From Azolla caroliniana (Eukaryota; Plantae; Polypodiophyta), in contig JBHGNT010000012.1 in NCBI GenBank assembly GCA_043228905.1, forward strand, positions 806,001-870,000: DNA of 64,000 bases. The letters are read 5' to 3'. Positions 38,552 through 51,008 of this stretch are shown piece after piece. Numbering within the stretch: position 1 is the stretch's first letter; each line of letters begins with the position of its first letter. Both the position numbers and the translations under genes were made by a program. The notes under the pieces were generated by a model. The model was not told where the DNA came from. It saw only the letters and a list, made by a program, of their open reading frames with translations, and ran no database searches.

Positions 38552-41500
38552 TTAAGGGGGTGGAGCAAAAAAATGTCTTTCCTCCAGGTATGTTATTAAT
38601 AGTTCTGCCATGTGTGTGGGTGAAGGACACCGTCCTTCTATTGGTTCCATCACAATCTCACCATTCACAGGGGGTTCATACGGATCATCAATGCCTGTAA
38701 ATCCTAGATATATTTTAAGAAAACACAAACCACATTCAAGTTATACAAGCATTCACATTAAAAAAAACAACGTATATTTCAGTCTCCGAAAAGCACATAG
38801 GCTGTGTGTTCATACCTTTGATCTTGCCAGCCCGAGCAAGCTTGTACAGACCTTTTGGATCCCTCTCCTCACATAGTTGTAATGGAAAATTCATGTAAAC
38901 CTGGATGAGAATGGAAATATAAGTAATGAGTAACATTACTGCATTCAAGCAGTAATTGAAGTTGAGATTATGTAACAATCTTCAGGAACTATGGACAAGT
39001 AAAATGTGCCCATGCGATCACTCACAGTGGTTCAATTGGATTTTTTACCCTATTTTTACACATACAACTTCCACATAAAAGGGTACACATATTAAAGAGG
39101 AAAAGGGTGAATTTTATTAATGAGTAAACTTCCACATAAAAGGGTACACACATATTGAAGAGGAAAAGGGTGAATTTTATTAAGGGAAAAGTACCAGGAT
39201 ACCCCTGGAAGTTCGTCTATTTACCAGAATGCCCCTAGAAGTTCCAAATTTACCAAATTACCCCTATGCCCAAAAAATCACACTTTATAAAGTAATTATA
39301 CACTCAAATCTACAAGCCCTATTTACCAAAGATGGAAGAAATGGACCCGAACTAGCCTTATTTACCAAAGATTTGAGTGTATAATTACTTTAGAAAGTGT
39401 AATTTTTTGGACATAGGGGTAGTTTGGTGAATTTGGAACTTCCAGGGGCATTCTGGTAAATAGACGAACTTCCAGGGGTATCCTGGTACTTTTCCCTTTT
39501 ATTAATGAGTAAACTTCCACGTAAAAGGGTACACACATATTGAAGAGGAAAAGGGTGAATTTTATTAATGAAAATCCAAAAAATAAGCAGTGTCATGTGA
39601 AAGCACGCAATATAGAGGTTTTACGTCCCATTGACGAAACTGTAGCAGATGGTTGTCTAGAACCTTCTTGCATACAAGTCACACCATGATTACTACGCAC
39701 TTTTCATACCATATTGTAACCTAGAGGACATGGGCACATTTACCTCAATAAATTCCCCTTCTTCTACAAGTCTACGACACGCATCTCTGTCTTTCCTGTA
39801 TGGTGAAATCAGACTGGCGATGCAAATGATGCCCGCATCCACAAAGAGCTTGGCAACCTCCCCTATTAACAGAAATAGAAGTAAATCAATTTATGCCCAT
39901 AAATGGTAATGGAACTAAAAATAAGAAAACGAATGAAATGGTGAAAATGAAAAACCAATGCCTCATTTAATAAGAGAGAAAAAAACAAGTCAAGTGCCAA
40001 AACTTGTAACTGATACCTCATTAAGAGATAAAAAAACCAGAGTTTTTTAAGCACATGGTGACTTGCAGAAAAAGAGAACATATGACTGAGCTGTCATTAT
40101 CTTACCAACACGTCGAATGTTTTCAGTGCGATCCTCTGCTGAAAAACTCAAATTATTATTGAGTCCATGCCGTAAATTATCACCATCCAACACATAGCTC
40201 AGTTTCCCTCTACTCAAAAGAGCATGGTCCAATGCACATGCCAATGTACTCTTCCCTGAGAAAAAATTGTCCAAGTTATGTCCTGGGAAACTATACACAC
40301 CTCTTAGAACTCAACATAATGACAATTTATGCAACAGCACCAAGATTATCAACAACTCTAGTACATCACTGTGAAAGCTCCAATAATCTCATGTCATTTC
40401 TCACATAGAATTACAGAGTTATCCTGGCTCTAGGGTTGGTGTTCTCATTTGATTTGATAGAATAAATTGGTGAGATGATGAAGGATTGTAGCCTAGACTA
40501 CAATGTTTATGGTAATTCGACCATTTTAGTACTTCGATGTTCATTATGAAGCTTAAAAATGAGAATTGTCAGTAATCTGATGCAGAAACATACTCTTAAG
40601 CTGTATCCACAGACTTTCAAATCGTCATCACAATTAAATTTTACTTTACTTTTATTAGCATGTACATTAACAAATCTTAGCATTTTTGTGAATCTGATAA
40701 CTCACATATGTTGTGGTGTAGGTTGAAAATAATTTTTGTGTGGTATTACTATGACTTATTTGGTCTTTCTCACCATCTTTTTCATTGTGTCATCATAGAA
40801 AACATCAATATTCCCCAACAATAGCTAGCCCTCTTTAAAGGTAGAAAGTGAAGTGAAGAATACTTCAAGCAAGTAATAGTCACTACCTGACCCACTAAGT
40901 CCTGTGATCCATATCACACAACCCTTCTGACCAATCAGTTTTTGCCTTTCAGCCTTTTGCACCATGCATGTTTGCCAGACAATATTTGTAGATTTCCCCA
41001 CTGTTGTCGCTGGGGGATATATTATACCTTCAAAAGGATAGAAATGCTTTGTCAAGCAAGAGTTGTGCACAGAATTCACCGCAAGTAAAAAAAAACAGTC
41101 CTAGTCAGGAAAAGATAATCGGTTGAAGATAAAAAAGAGATTAAACGTAAGTCTCAAAATATGGTTGTCTTTAGTAATATACAGATCTCTTTAACCAAAA
41201 AAAGAAAAAACAGGGCCAAAGAACATATTTATGTTTGCTAATTCAGTAATTGATTATAAGAAATCTTAATTACACTGCTGAGAACCACATTTATCTTTAA
41301 GAATACTTCTTTGCCCATGAGAACGACTAACACAAGGCCAGAAACTAGTATTGCCTTTGATACTCTAGATCTTCCAGCAGAAAGTGTGACTCGATTCAAG
41401 GCCGAAACTTGTCTTGTCTTTATTGATCTAGCCAGCATAAGAATGACTAAATACAATGGTCAATCAAAAACACAGAACTATCTTTGATAATCCAGATCTT

Positions 41501-41900
41501 GTCTTAACTAAAAAAAAATGGACACTACACATAAAAATGCGGATTTCCAACCTGGAATTGAAGTGACATCCTTGTTTGGATTTGGAGATATTCCATCAAG
41601 GCCAACACGTCTATCATGGACATCTGTTGCAGTTTGCTGTTGGAGAGTGAAAGAACTGCGTAGTGTTTGAAAATTCAAAGAAGACGACGATAATGCATCG
41701 GACCACAACGATGGTGAGTGCGATGGCAATGAAGCTGCTTCTTCGTCGTGTCTGATACAGAGGCAGAGTGGAAGCTTGCGGGAGCGTGTGGTGAAGAATG
41801 TCTGAACAGGAACAGAAACCCTAATGCGATGGAATGGGAGAGAGAGATTTGTTGTCGCTGCTGCTCCTGCTGCTGCTTCTGCTGTGGGTTGAGGACGCAT
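38552..41900 (-). CDS. APK: Adenylyl-sulfate (APS) kinase with probable plastid transit peptide
   Basis: Exons 41900-41552, 41027-40887, 40255-40106, 39862-39744, 38900-38816, 38703-38552. Motifs [18 protein letters not shown] (P-loop), [51 protein letters not shown]. Exon 1 is the least certain. Confidence 0.94.
39067..39570 (+). repeat. Three ~62-bp tandem repeats in APK intron 4, split by a MITE
   Basis: aacttccacataaaagggtacaca...gaggaaaagggtgaattttattaa three times. Confidence 0.85.
39184..39496. mobile_element. Mutator-like MITE (313 bp) in APK intron 4
   Basis: Near-perfect ~125-bp TIRs starting GGGAAAAGTACCAGGATACCCCTGG; 9-bp TSD TTTTATTAA at 39175-39183 and 39497-39505. Confidence 0.95.
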
Positions 41901-41954
41901 GGCTTTGGAAGCAATTCGAAAGCAAAGGCGATGAACAATACAGACAGGGGTCTC

Positions 41955-42230
41955 ATACACACATATGTTACATATATATATACATGCATGATGTATGTAG
42001 GTATGTATGCATGGATGGATGGATGGATGGATGTATGTATATGTATGGATGGATGGATGTATGGATGTATGTGTGTGTGTGTGTGTGTGGATAGATGCAT
42101 GCATGGATGGATGGATAGATGCATGCATGCATGTATGGATGTGTGTGTGGATAGATGCATGCATGGATGGATGGATAGATGCATGCATGCATGTATGGAT
42201 GGATGTATGGATGCATGCATGCATGTGGGT
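41955..42230. repeat. Compound microsatellite (GATG/CATG/GT/AT) with a ~60-bp higher-order repeat, upstream of the APK ATG
   Basis: Direct reading; 42081-42200 repeats with period 60. Confidence 0.9.
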
Positions 42231-42391
42231 ATGTTTCTTATCATTGCTTTGCTTGCAAACACATGTATGTATATGGCCTCATTGTGTGATAGCATTATGT
42301 CGGTGCTAGCATAACTATCTCTCTGGGTTGATCGACATCACTTTCTTCAGTTCGCTCAGCTCGATGCTCGCGTCACATCGATGCGAGAAGA

Positions 42392-42428
<37 letters not shown>

Positions 42429-45400
42429 ACTAGGGCGCACACTCGCTATCACATGCTTTCCAGATGCTATGTTGCGTCGATGAAGGCAGGAAAGCAAAGA
42501 TAGAGAAACGTGCCCTCGGTGTTACTTCTTCTTATTCTTTTCCATATGGCACATTGCTTGGACTAGTTGAGTGTGAGCTTGAGTTGAGTGTGTCGTTGAG
42601 TGAGCGATGCATATAAAAAAAAAGGGCACGTGGAATTTGCACCCCTAGCCTTGTTTTTTTTTACCACATTCTCACATTTGATCGAGGGAATTCCATCGAT
42701 TTGTATGTGTGATACATATATTCTATTTATGAGTGTAACATTGTATTCCTATGTCGGGGGGCTCTTTTCAGCCATCTCACTCTCGTAGCCTCCACGCATT
42801 TGGAATGTCTCCCAAAGTCTAGTATTCGATGGTTTGTGCATATGGACATGATCATGGTCATTTGTCATAACATCTCATAATAAATCCCAATAGTTTCTCA
42901 TAAAACATATAAATCAAGTGAATGTTATCATAAATTATTCCGACAAATATGGCGATTAGGTTGGTCACAAGGTATGTGTGTTTACAACACGAGACAATCT
43001 AAACTCCAAAGCTTCAAATGTCCCTCTCTCGAAATTCTCAGCCTCGATCGTGCCTCTTCTTTTATGCATGCATGGTACCTTGCTTCACGAGAAATCATGA
43101 TTTGGGCCATTGGATCTAGTCACTTTCTTTTTTGCAACATCCGCATATACTTTGATGCCAAGTTCAAAGATAAACGTGGATTTGGGCCATTGAATGTAGT
43201 CATGTTTTAATCGAATGAATTGTCAATGGATCAAGTCACCTTCTTGGCATGAATAGTCAAGGTCTTCTTTTTAGACATTCATTAATTATTTGCTTGCCAT
43301 TTATTTTTATTTATTGAAACTCTCCAAACACCAACACGTGGGTAGTTTCAGAGTGAATCATGATCAACTTTACAAAGAAAAATGAAATTTGATTATTTTA
43401 TAGTGCAACAACTAAGGTATATTAAAACATAACATCTTGATATATCGTACATCCTTTTTGTTTACAAATATTCATATACTTAAAAGTCAACAAGAGATCA
43501 ACTAGTTGTAGTTTCCAAGACATGAAATCTAAATGTGTTAAAATTGGTTTCAAGTCATGCTTATCTTCTATTGTACTCTCGCTACAATACATCAAAGGTA
43601 TGTATAAACATTATTTATTTGCATGTTCTAGAGTTGTGTGTGTGTGTTGAGCATTGAACTAGTACAAGTGTCGTGCTTGAAAGCATGTAATCATATGTCA
43701 AGTTTTTACAATAAGCTTTTGTATGATGTCTTCTTGTCATATATCATCATGTTTTACAAAAACCCATGCATGATAATGCGAGACCCATACACTTTGGCCT
43801 CTATAAAGGCACTAATATAGTGTTTCTCTCTGTACAAGTTGGAAATAACACAACATTTTCCTTGAGATTGGAAATACATTATACAAAACAAATATTAAGA
43901 ACTAAATAGCACAACTGCATACGATGGAATAGGTTAAAATAAGATACACATGTGTGTGAGAGAGAGAATATATTGCTTAAGAACTTGTATTACGAAATGG
44001 AGGAGGATTAAAATCTACCTAATTCAATTGTTAATCAACTTGTAGTCATTACTTTATAGAAAGAGGCGGCTTGTTTATATAAGCACTTATTCAAGTGCAC
44101 ATAAGAGTTGGGAACAATATAACAATCACGAGACAGCTTGCAAGATATTTAACATATGCACTTCATCCAATATAAAAAAGACATATTCCATCTGTAAAGT
44201 CAAAGGTAGACTTTAGCACACACAAACACATCTTGAGGAATCTATAGATGAGTTTATTATCTCCACATGCTCCTTCGAGTTCAATAGCATCATGCGATCA
44301 TTTGTATGGCGAACTTGGATTTTCCCATTATGCTCCTCTTAGCGTTTCGGTATTCCCTCTCGAGTTTAACAAGCCAAGCCAAGTGTATACAAAGCATGTG
44401 CCCTTGAGAGCTACCCATCCTTGGGCATGAGCTACTTCTGTGAAGCTCTATTGATTGGGGATGCCATGACCATCATGTGGAGGTTGCATATTGTTGTATC
44501 ATGTAATATCATAGCCAAACAAGACCATTGGTTTGTTCTTGTGGCTTTAGCAATGTATTTGCTTACATGGCTTTTGTAAGGCTTTCTACACTCGGGTGTA
44601 TTGAGGGTAAGAAGTAGCAAGAGGTTGGGCCTCTATGAAGGAGATCACATGATCATTTAGGAGTCATGCCCTTGATCAATAAAGCACCATGCTATTGTTT
44701 AGTGATGGGATAAATGAATTAGACACATCATTATACTCGAAGCCTCATAACATTACTTGATAACACACATAAAATAAGGAATGTAGAGAGGGAGAGAGAG
44801 ACGCACGCACACAGGCGCATGACAACAACACTATTTCCTTAGAAACTTTATAGATTACTCTTATCGCCCTAACAATTGAGCTTTTACAAAAAAGGTTTTT
44901 ATGCAAAATTACAATTCAACATAAATATAAGGTACAAAGAAAAATGCATTTGGGAAATCTCTAAGGCTAATTTGCTAAATCCCAAAATGCTTTCATGTTG
45001 TATGTTATATGTATTGGACTTCTTCTTCTTAAATTTTACATATGATAATTGGAACTACATATCATTTACTAGATGTCTAATATAGGGATTGAAGTGTGCG
45101 CAAGTACTCCACAAAAGCTTAATTGCCTTTTTTATTGCATATAAAACTTTTAATGCTCTTTTAAACTATATGATTAGTTGTTTAATAAATGTATTTAATT
45201 AAAATTGAATTAATGAGGTCTCCAATTGTAAATAGTGATGATAGAAGTTGAATAATTGTATTTACTCGATGATAATTCTTCTCCTTTTCTTCTTTTTCCA
45301 AAAAAAGGATACTACATTAGTATTAAGAAACGCCCTAAGGCTATACATAAAATATGTATCTTCCGATAATGAGCCCTTTTTCTAAATTGTAATCGTCGAC

Positions 45401-46497
45401 TTAAATAAACATGTCGGTGTAAAGTAGAACCACTCCACCTTATAAAAAATCCATCTATAAAATATACCTTTGTCCCAGATGGCATGAAACTCCAATCATT
45501 TCAACTTTGCCTAGTGCGTATTACCTTTTATGTTATCCAGTTAACCTTTGAGTTTATGCACAATCAAAATCGAAATCCTAGAAATTATGTGGGCAGGTCT
45601 TTCAATCACATTGTACAATCACCCATAATATTGCTCCCCATGTATACACTGGTCGAGGATATATTGGTATTAATTGTGTTATGATTCTTTTCCATATTTC
45701 CATCACAAAGTCACAACTCCACAAACAATGCTTAGCAGTTTCTACCATGTCTGTACAAAAAGGGCACATATTGTTTGCTTTCCACTTTCACTAACCATTA
45801 ATTGGTATACCTCTATGAACCAACAACCAACAAAAACAAACAATTTTCTTACTCATTTTCCTTCCCCACAACCATTTCCAAATTTGCGATGATACTTTGA
45901 ATTGAACATAGTGATTACGTGATTATTTAGTGCATATACTTTTATTAATTAGCCCTTATTCCTTAATGCAATTAGAGATTCTTATAATTAAACATGCCTC
46001 AGAAAGCTCAATTATAATATTAACAAGTGCATTAATGGGCAAAGCTCCACCTGCGAATGATATAAGCTTCTAAATATTGTAATAGTTTGTGATTTTGCAA
46101 TAACAAATGGTGAAGATGTTTTTTTATATAATATTTGGAATTTAATTCAGCATGTGGTCAAGATTTGCGTCTTCATGAGCTATTCAAAATTGGAATCATT
46201 AGAAAATCAATGAAATTTCAGACACAATAATAAAATTTGAGCTCTTCTTTTGAGGGTAGTGAATTGATCAAAACAATGAGGCTCGAACTCGAGAAGCATT
46301 TTGTGGAAGTTGCAAAGCCTTGCCATTTTGATTGTGTAGCCTTTAGTTAATTTGAAGCAAAGGATTTTGTCAAAGTCAATTATATCTTGTTTTTTCATAA
46401 ATCGATCGACATCTCAGCTCACACTTGAGTCTTCTCTTGCTTCACATGTTAGCCCAAATCCCCCTAGAGAGCACAAACATTAAAATTGCTCCTTTTT

Positions 46498-46845
46498 TGG
46501 TGGTATTCGGCGAGATGATTGATGTGGACTTAACGAAGCAATTTTCATGGTTTGGGTAAGGATGAGTGATGATGGTGTGGAAGCCGAAGCATATTCTCAT
46601 GAGAATATGAGGAATTTAAACTCATTTTATTGTCTTTGTGTAGGAATTTGGTGGTAATCGGCGAGATGGTTGATGTGGACTTCACAAAGCAAATTGTAGG
46701 TTTTTGATAAGAATGCGTGATGATGGTGTGGGGGCCGAAGCATAAGCTCAAGAGGAGAGGAGAAATTTGACTTAATGTGTTGTTGTATGACAGGAAGTTG
46801 GTGGTAATCGGCAAGATGGTTGATGTGGAAAGAGGAAGCATATTT
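46498..46845 (+). repeat. ~150-bp tandem repeat, about 2.3 copies
   Basis: ggtggtaatcggcgagatggttgatgtgga at ~46499, ~46649, ~46800; gtgatgatggtgtgg..gccgaagcata twice. Confidence 0.8.
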
Positions 46846-47269
46846 GTTGAGTTGATAGTATAATGTATTGGATCGCCTTCAAAACTACAATAGACATGAG
46901 TAGGTTGAAGAAGTATCGAAAGGTTCATAACTATGACATGCGAGGGCTTGTTTCTGAATATAAGTACTTTGGTTGTTGTCTATGGATATGATACCTTGCA
47001 TTGTATCTAAGGAATAACTTACAATTAGTGGATTGTTTTCTCTATTTTGGATTTGTTTCCTCAACTAGTGTCTTTCACAATACGGGCTGGGGGAAAAAAC
47101 TTTGTATGTTGTAGTTGTTATGACCCTTTTTATGCAACTAATAGAAGGATATTTGTTTTGGAAAAAAACAACATTAAAATTGTTCCTTTGACACGTGGAG
47201 AGGTGAGACTATAAAATTCGAAATTGAAAACTTTCACAAGAATTTGATCAAAGTATTAGACTCGAGACA

Positions 47270-48500
47270 ATATTAAATCTAGACAATCCAAATTCATAGA
47301 ATAATAATAGAAAAATGGAGTATTTGTAAAATGAGATTGAATGTCGAGTTTTCCATAAAAGAGTCAAGAATATGTATGGTATTCACAACGTAACCCCAAT
47401 CAAGTTCTCCATAACAAAATTGAAAATCCAAGAACTAATGAAAACCTTTTGTATGGATTGGAATTCCACCAATTAAAAATACGTGACATGGATGAGAACT
47501 ACATAAAACGTATCACACTATCATAAAAAATAAAAAAAACTCAATGAATTTAAAGTGCTTTAATTAGATCATCCATCTCTCAATGAACAAAATCCATAAT
47601 TCAATTAAAATACTATGAATTACGGAAAATTCCAGCCAAAACTATCAATTAAAACTCCATAAAATGGACGAAATTGTCGCAATTTCTTTTATAATTTACC
47701 TCGAAATAATGAATACAATTAACCAAAATTCCTTAAAATAGATAAAAAATCATCTCCTATTAAACTCCCATAGAACAAATTAAAATATTTAAACAAAATT
47801 AATCAAAACTTCGTAAAATAACAAATCAAGTGAACATAAAACATCAATTAAAATGGATTAGAACTCTATGAAAAATGAACCAAACTATCATAAAAAATCA
47901 AACATAAATGGATTAAAACTCCATAGAAAAGATATCAAACTATTTATAAAAATGGATTAACAGATAAAGCAAATTGTCATAAAAAAAGAATCAAACCCAC
48001 AACGTTGTAGTTCGCTAATCCAATATGTTGGCTTTAGCTTCAACAACACTCATTTGTACATTTCCTCTTATTTGGTTGGCCCATTTTAGGTAATATCTAT
48101 CTAATTGAAAACTTTGGGTATCAATGCCACGACATTCAACTCAAGTCAAATTTAGCTTCAACCAAATCGCGGTCAACGACCAAGGTCTTCTTTATTAAGA
48201 CTTGGGGTTAGTATCACAAAACCAGTAAAAGAAAGTTTTTAAATAATCCATCTAAAAAGAAAATGAAGCAAATTGTGAACCCAAAATCAACGACAATGGA
48301 TTAAAAAAACCCAAAACAAATTGTAACAATAAGGTCAATCTAGACGAATTAAAGAAATTCGTGAGAGAAAACGAAACAAATTGCAAGAAAAGATCAATCG
48401 AGGTGGATTAAAAAATCCATGCCACCCTCTAGAAAAAACAAAATTATGATTGATCATGAAATGGGTTTTAAAACATTGAATAAAAACGGAGAAATGGATT
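47270..48500 (+). repeat. Degenerate A-rich tandem/subterminal repeat array
   Basis: Recurrent attaaaactccata.aaa / aaactatcataaaaaa / tggattaaaa units. Confidence 0.55.
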
Positions 48501-48599
48501 GAACGGTCAGAGGAGATGAATTGGAAGAACCCCATTCAACACGATCAAAACAAAAATTTTGATACGCACACTAGAGAGAGAGAGAGAGAGAGGTAAATG

Positions 48600-49972
48600 G
48601 TTTTTCACAAAGAAGATTAATGGCCTTTTGAACAACAAGATCAACATTTCATATTTGGAGAGGTTATACCTTTATATGGGATAAGTTGCAATATTTACCA
48701 TCATTGTATGAGCCAAATCTTGATTTAGATGGGGGATCTCAAAAGCTTGATTGGATGTTTGTTGGAAATAAGACATCAACTATGATTTCAACTAATGATG
48801 TTTATCACATATTGATTGACAAACACAAGTGGATGGAAGAAAGGGTTTTAAAGATATGGGGTTTTCATAAGCCCATTACTTGGTGGTTTCATGTGATTAA
48901 GGCAAGTTGGTGTTCTCAATTGATGCTACGAGCTAACAATCGACAACGGTTCGGTTCGGTTCGAGGGGGTCCAAACCAAACCGGTTTGGAACCGAACCAT
49001 TTAAAAATTTTGAAACCTGAACCAAACCAAACCGTGAAACCGAACTGTTTAAATTTTTTCAAACCATTAAACCGTAAAAACTGCAGTTTCGGTTTTCAAC
49101 ATATGTCAAATTTTTAATTTTTTAAAATTTATAATATTTCATTTTTTAGAATTTTTAAGATGTTCCTAAAATGTGAGAATAAGGTGTAAAATGAAAAGAT
49201 TGTTTAAAAACAAATTTTAAAAAAAATTATTAAATTTTTTTTAATAAAAATTAAAAACCGTTAAACTGTTTAAACCACGGTTTTTGACTATTGAAACCAA
49301 ACCAAACTGTTTTAATAAATCTAAACTTGAACCGAACCATTGCCGATTGTTACTACGAGCTAAGGTATTCATTTGGAGAGTTATGGTTGGAGTGTTGTCA
49401 TTGGGGGCTGCATTAATCAAAGGAAACATTGCTAATGGAATGCGTTTCTTTCTTTTTGTGGAATTGGAATATAGTAGGCATCAATTTCTTTCATGCATGA
49501 TGGCTACGATGGTTTGGTGATGTATCGATTTAGTGTAGATGTCTCTAACTGGAGTAAGACTATCTTCCTTTATTTGGGTTTTTGCATGTATGACGAGCAA
49601 TGAAATGTTGCCTCATTTCTAAATTATATTTTGAGTTCTCGAGGTATTGGGGGCTATGGTTCATTTGGAATATGTGGAATGCCTTAACGTTTGATTTGTA
49701 ACTTGGGGTGAGAAACTATGTTGTAAAGTTAAATGAATTTCTTTTGTGGCAATTGACAGTGCTAAAGAAGTAATGAAATCTCATCAACAAGGAGAAAGAA
49801 CGATGCAAAGTCACATATAATCATATTTGCAATTTTAATTAGTGTGTAGGGTAGCATCGGGTTTTTAGTCGTAGTAGTATTTAGATCCCTATCAGGGTTC
49901 TATACTTAGTTGTAAGTTAGTCATGGTGCTATTTTTTTCTTTCATAATGAAAGCAATTCTTTATAAAAAAAA
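48600..49972 (+). mobile_element. 5'-truncated LINE 3' end (zf-RVT region and A tail), interrupted by a MITE
   Basis: Rejoined frame WCSQLMLRA|KVFIWRVMVGVLSLG...ELEYSRHQFLSC...VW; ends ttctttataaaaaaaa. Confidence 0.7.
48934..49352. mobile_element. Non-autonomous hAT-type MITE (419 bp)
   Basis: TIR TAACAATCGACAACGGTTCGGTTC / GAACCGAACCATTGCCGATTGTTA; perfect 8-bp TSD CTACGAGC at 48926-48933 and 49353-49360; AACCG subterminal repeats. Confidence 0.92.
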
Positions 49973-49984
49973 TGTGAGGCTAGA

Positions 49985-50054
49985 TGGATGTAGCTCAGTT
50001 GGTAAAGTTGCCCAATGGAGACTAGGACATAATGGGTTCAACCCCAACATTCCA
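49985..50054 (+). mobile_element. tRNA-derived SINE-like head (related copies 50291-50358, 50601-50640 partial, 59231-59303)
   Basis: Box A TAGCTCAGTTGG, box B-like GGTTCAACCCC, acceptor-like pairing TGGATGT/ACATTCCA; no canonical anticodon arm. Confidence 0.7.
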
Positions 50055-50359
50055 TAGGGCCATCTAGTAAATCAAGAAGAAAAAGAAAGAAAGATATATT
50101 AACGTATTCTAAGGCCAAAATTTGGCCCATGAGACAATTGGTACTACAATAAAATAGGGTGTCTACCCAAGACATATCTATGGAGTAATGGAGATGTCAG
50201 AAAATTGGGTTTTGAAAACCCAAGACATAATGCTAGCAGTGTAACAACTTACCATTAGGGTAATAAAAAGAGAGAGACAATAAGTCAGATAGATGTAGCT
50301 AAATTGGTATAGTAATTCATTGGAGATCGAGGGGTCATGGGTTCAACCCCTAGTGATCA

Positions 50360-50604
50360 AAGAAATAATCGTGTAGAAATTTTAGGTATTTGAAGAAAAT
50401 ACCCCTCCTCTCCATCTCCATCTGTTTGTGTGTGTGTATGTCTCTCTCATCCTTGAGGTTTTAGGCGTTTGCAGGAAATACCCCTCCCAACACAGTTCTT
50501 AGGTCAAAAACCAAACCCAAACCCGCAGAGCGTATGTCTCTCCTTCCGAGGCTCCCCATGGAACCTTCGAAGCTCCACGACTTCAACGACCTCGACACTA
50601 CTGG
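50360..50604 (+). pseudogene. Truncated upstream duplicate of the METTL13 promoter, 5'UTR and first codons
   Basis: Matches 50722-51053, including atggaaccttcgaagc...ttcaacgacctcgac..tactgg. Confidence 0.85.
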
Positions 50605-50765
50605 AGATCAAGAGGTCATGGGTTCAACCCCGACGTGCCACATGGAAAGGAAATAAATACATGGTATACAAAGAGAGAAAGGCATACATAATTCTTCATG
50701 TAAAGACTGTGCCTAGCGATGAAAGAAAAAATTGTGTGGGAATTTTAGGTATTTGCAAGAAATAC

Positions 50766-50816
<51 letters not shown>

Positions 50817-51008
50817 TATCTCTCGGCCATAACAATTCTCAAGAGGTTTTAGGTATTTGCAGGAAATACCCCTCCATCTCCATCTCCATCTCCATCTGTC
50901 TGTCTGTCTGTCTCATCCCTGAGGGTTTTAGGCGTCTGCAGGAAATACCCCTCCCAACGCACAGTCCTTAGGTCAAAAACCAAACACACACAGAGCGTCT
51001 GTCTCTCC

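Noticed and set aside
39067-39570. CRISPR-like repeat arrays (also 34205-34600, 46498-46845)
   Set aside because: Eukaryotic intronic or intergenic tandem repeats with no unique spacers and no cas genes.
41675-42314. His/Met/Trp-rich ORFs on both strands
   Set aside because: Translations of a compound microsatellite; the plausible APK start is the ATG at 41900.
43900-44830. Possible decayed copia/TRIM on the minus strand
   Set aside because: A TATA-like tract, weak PBS and weak gag resemblance only; no termini or TSD.
49985-50054. Functional tRNA genes (also 5950-6010, 23600-23670, 50291, 59231)
   Set aside because: Pol III box-like motifs are present but anticodon and acceptor arms are non-canonical and the copies diverge; treated as tRNA-derived repeats.
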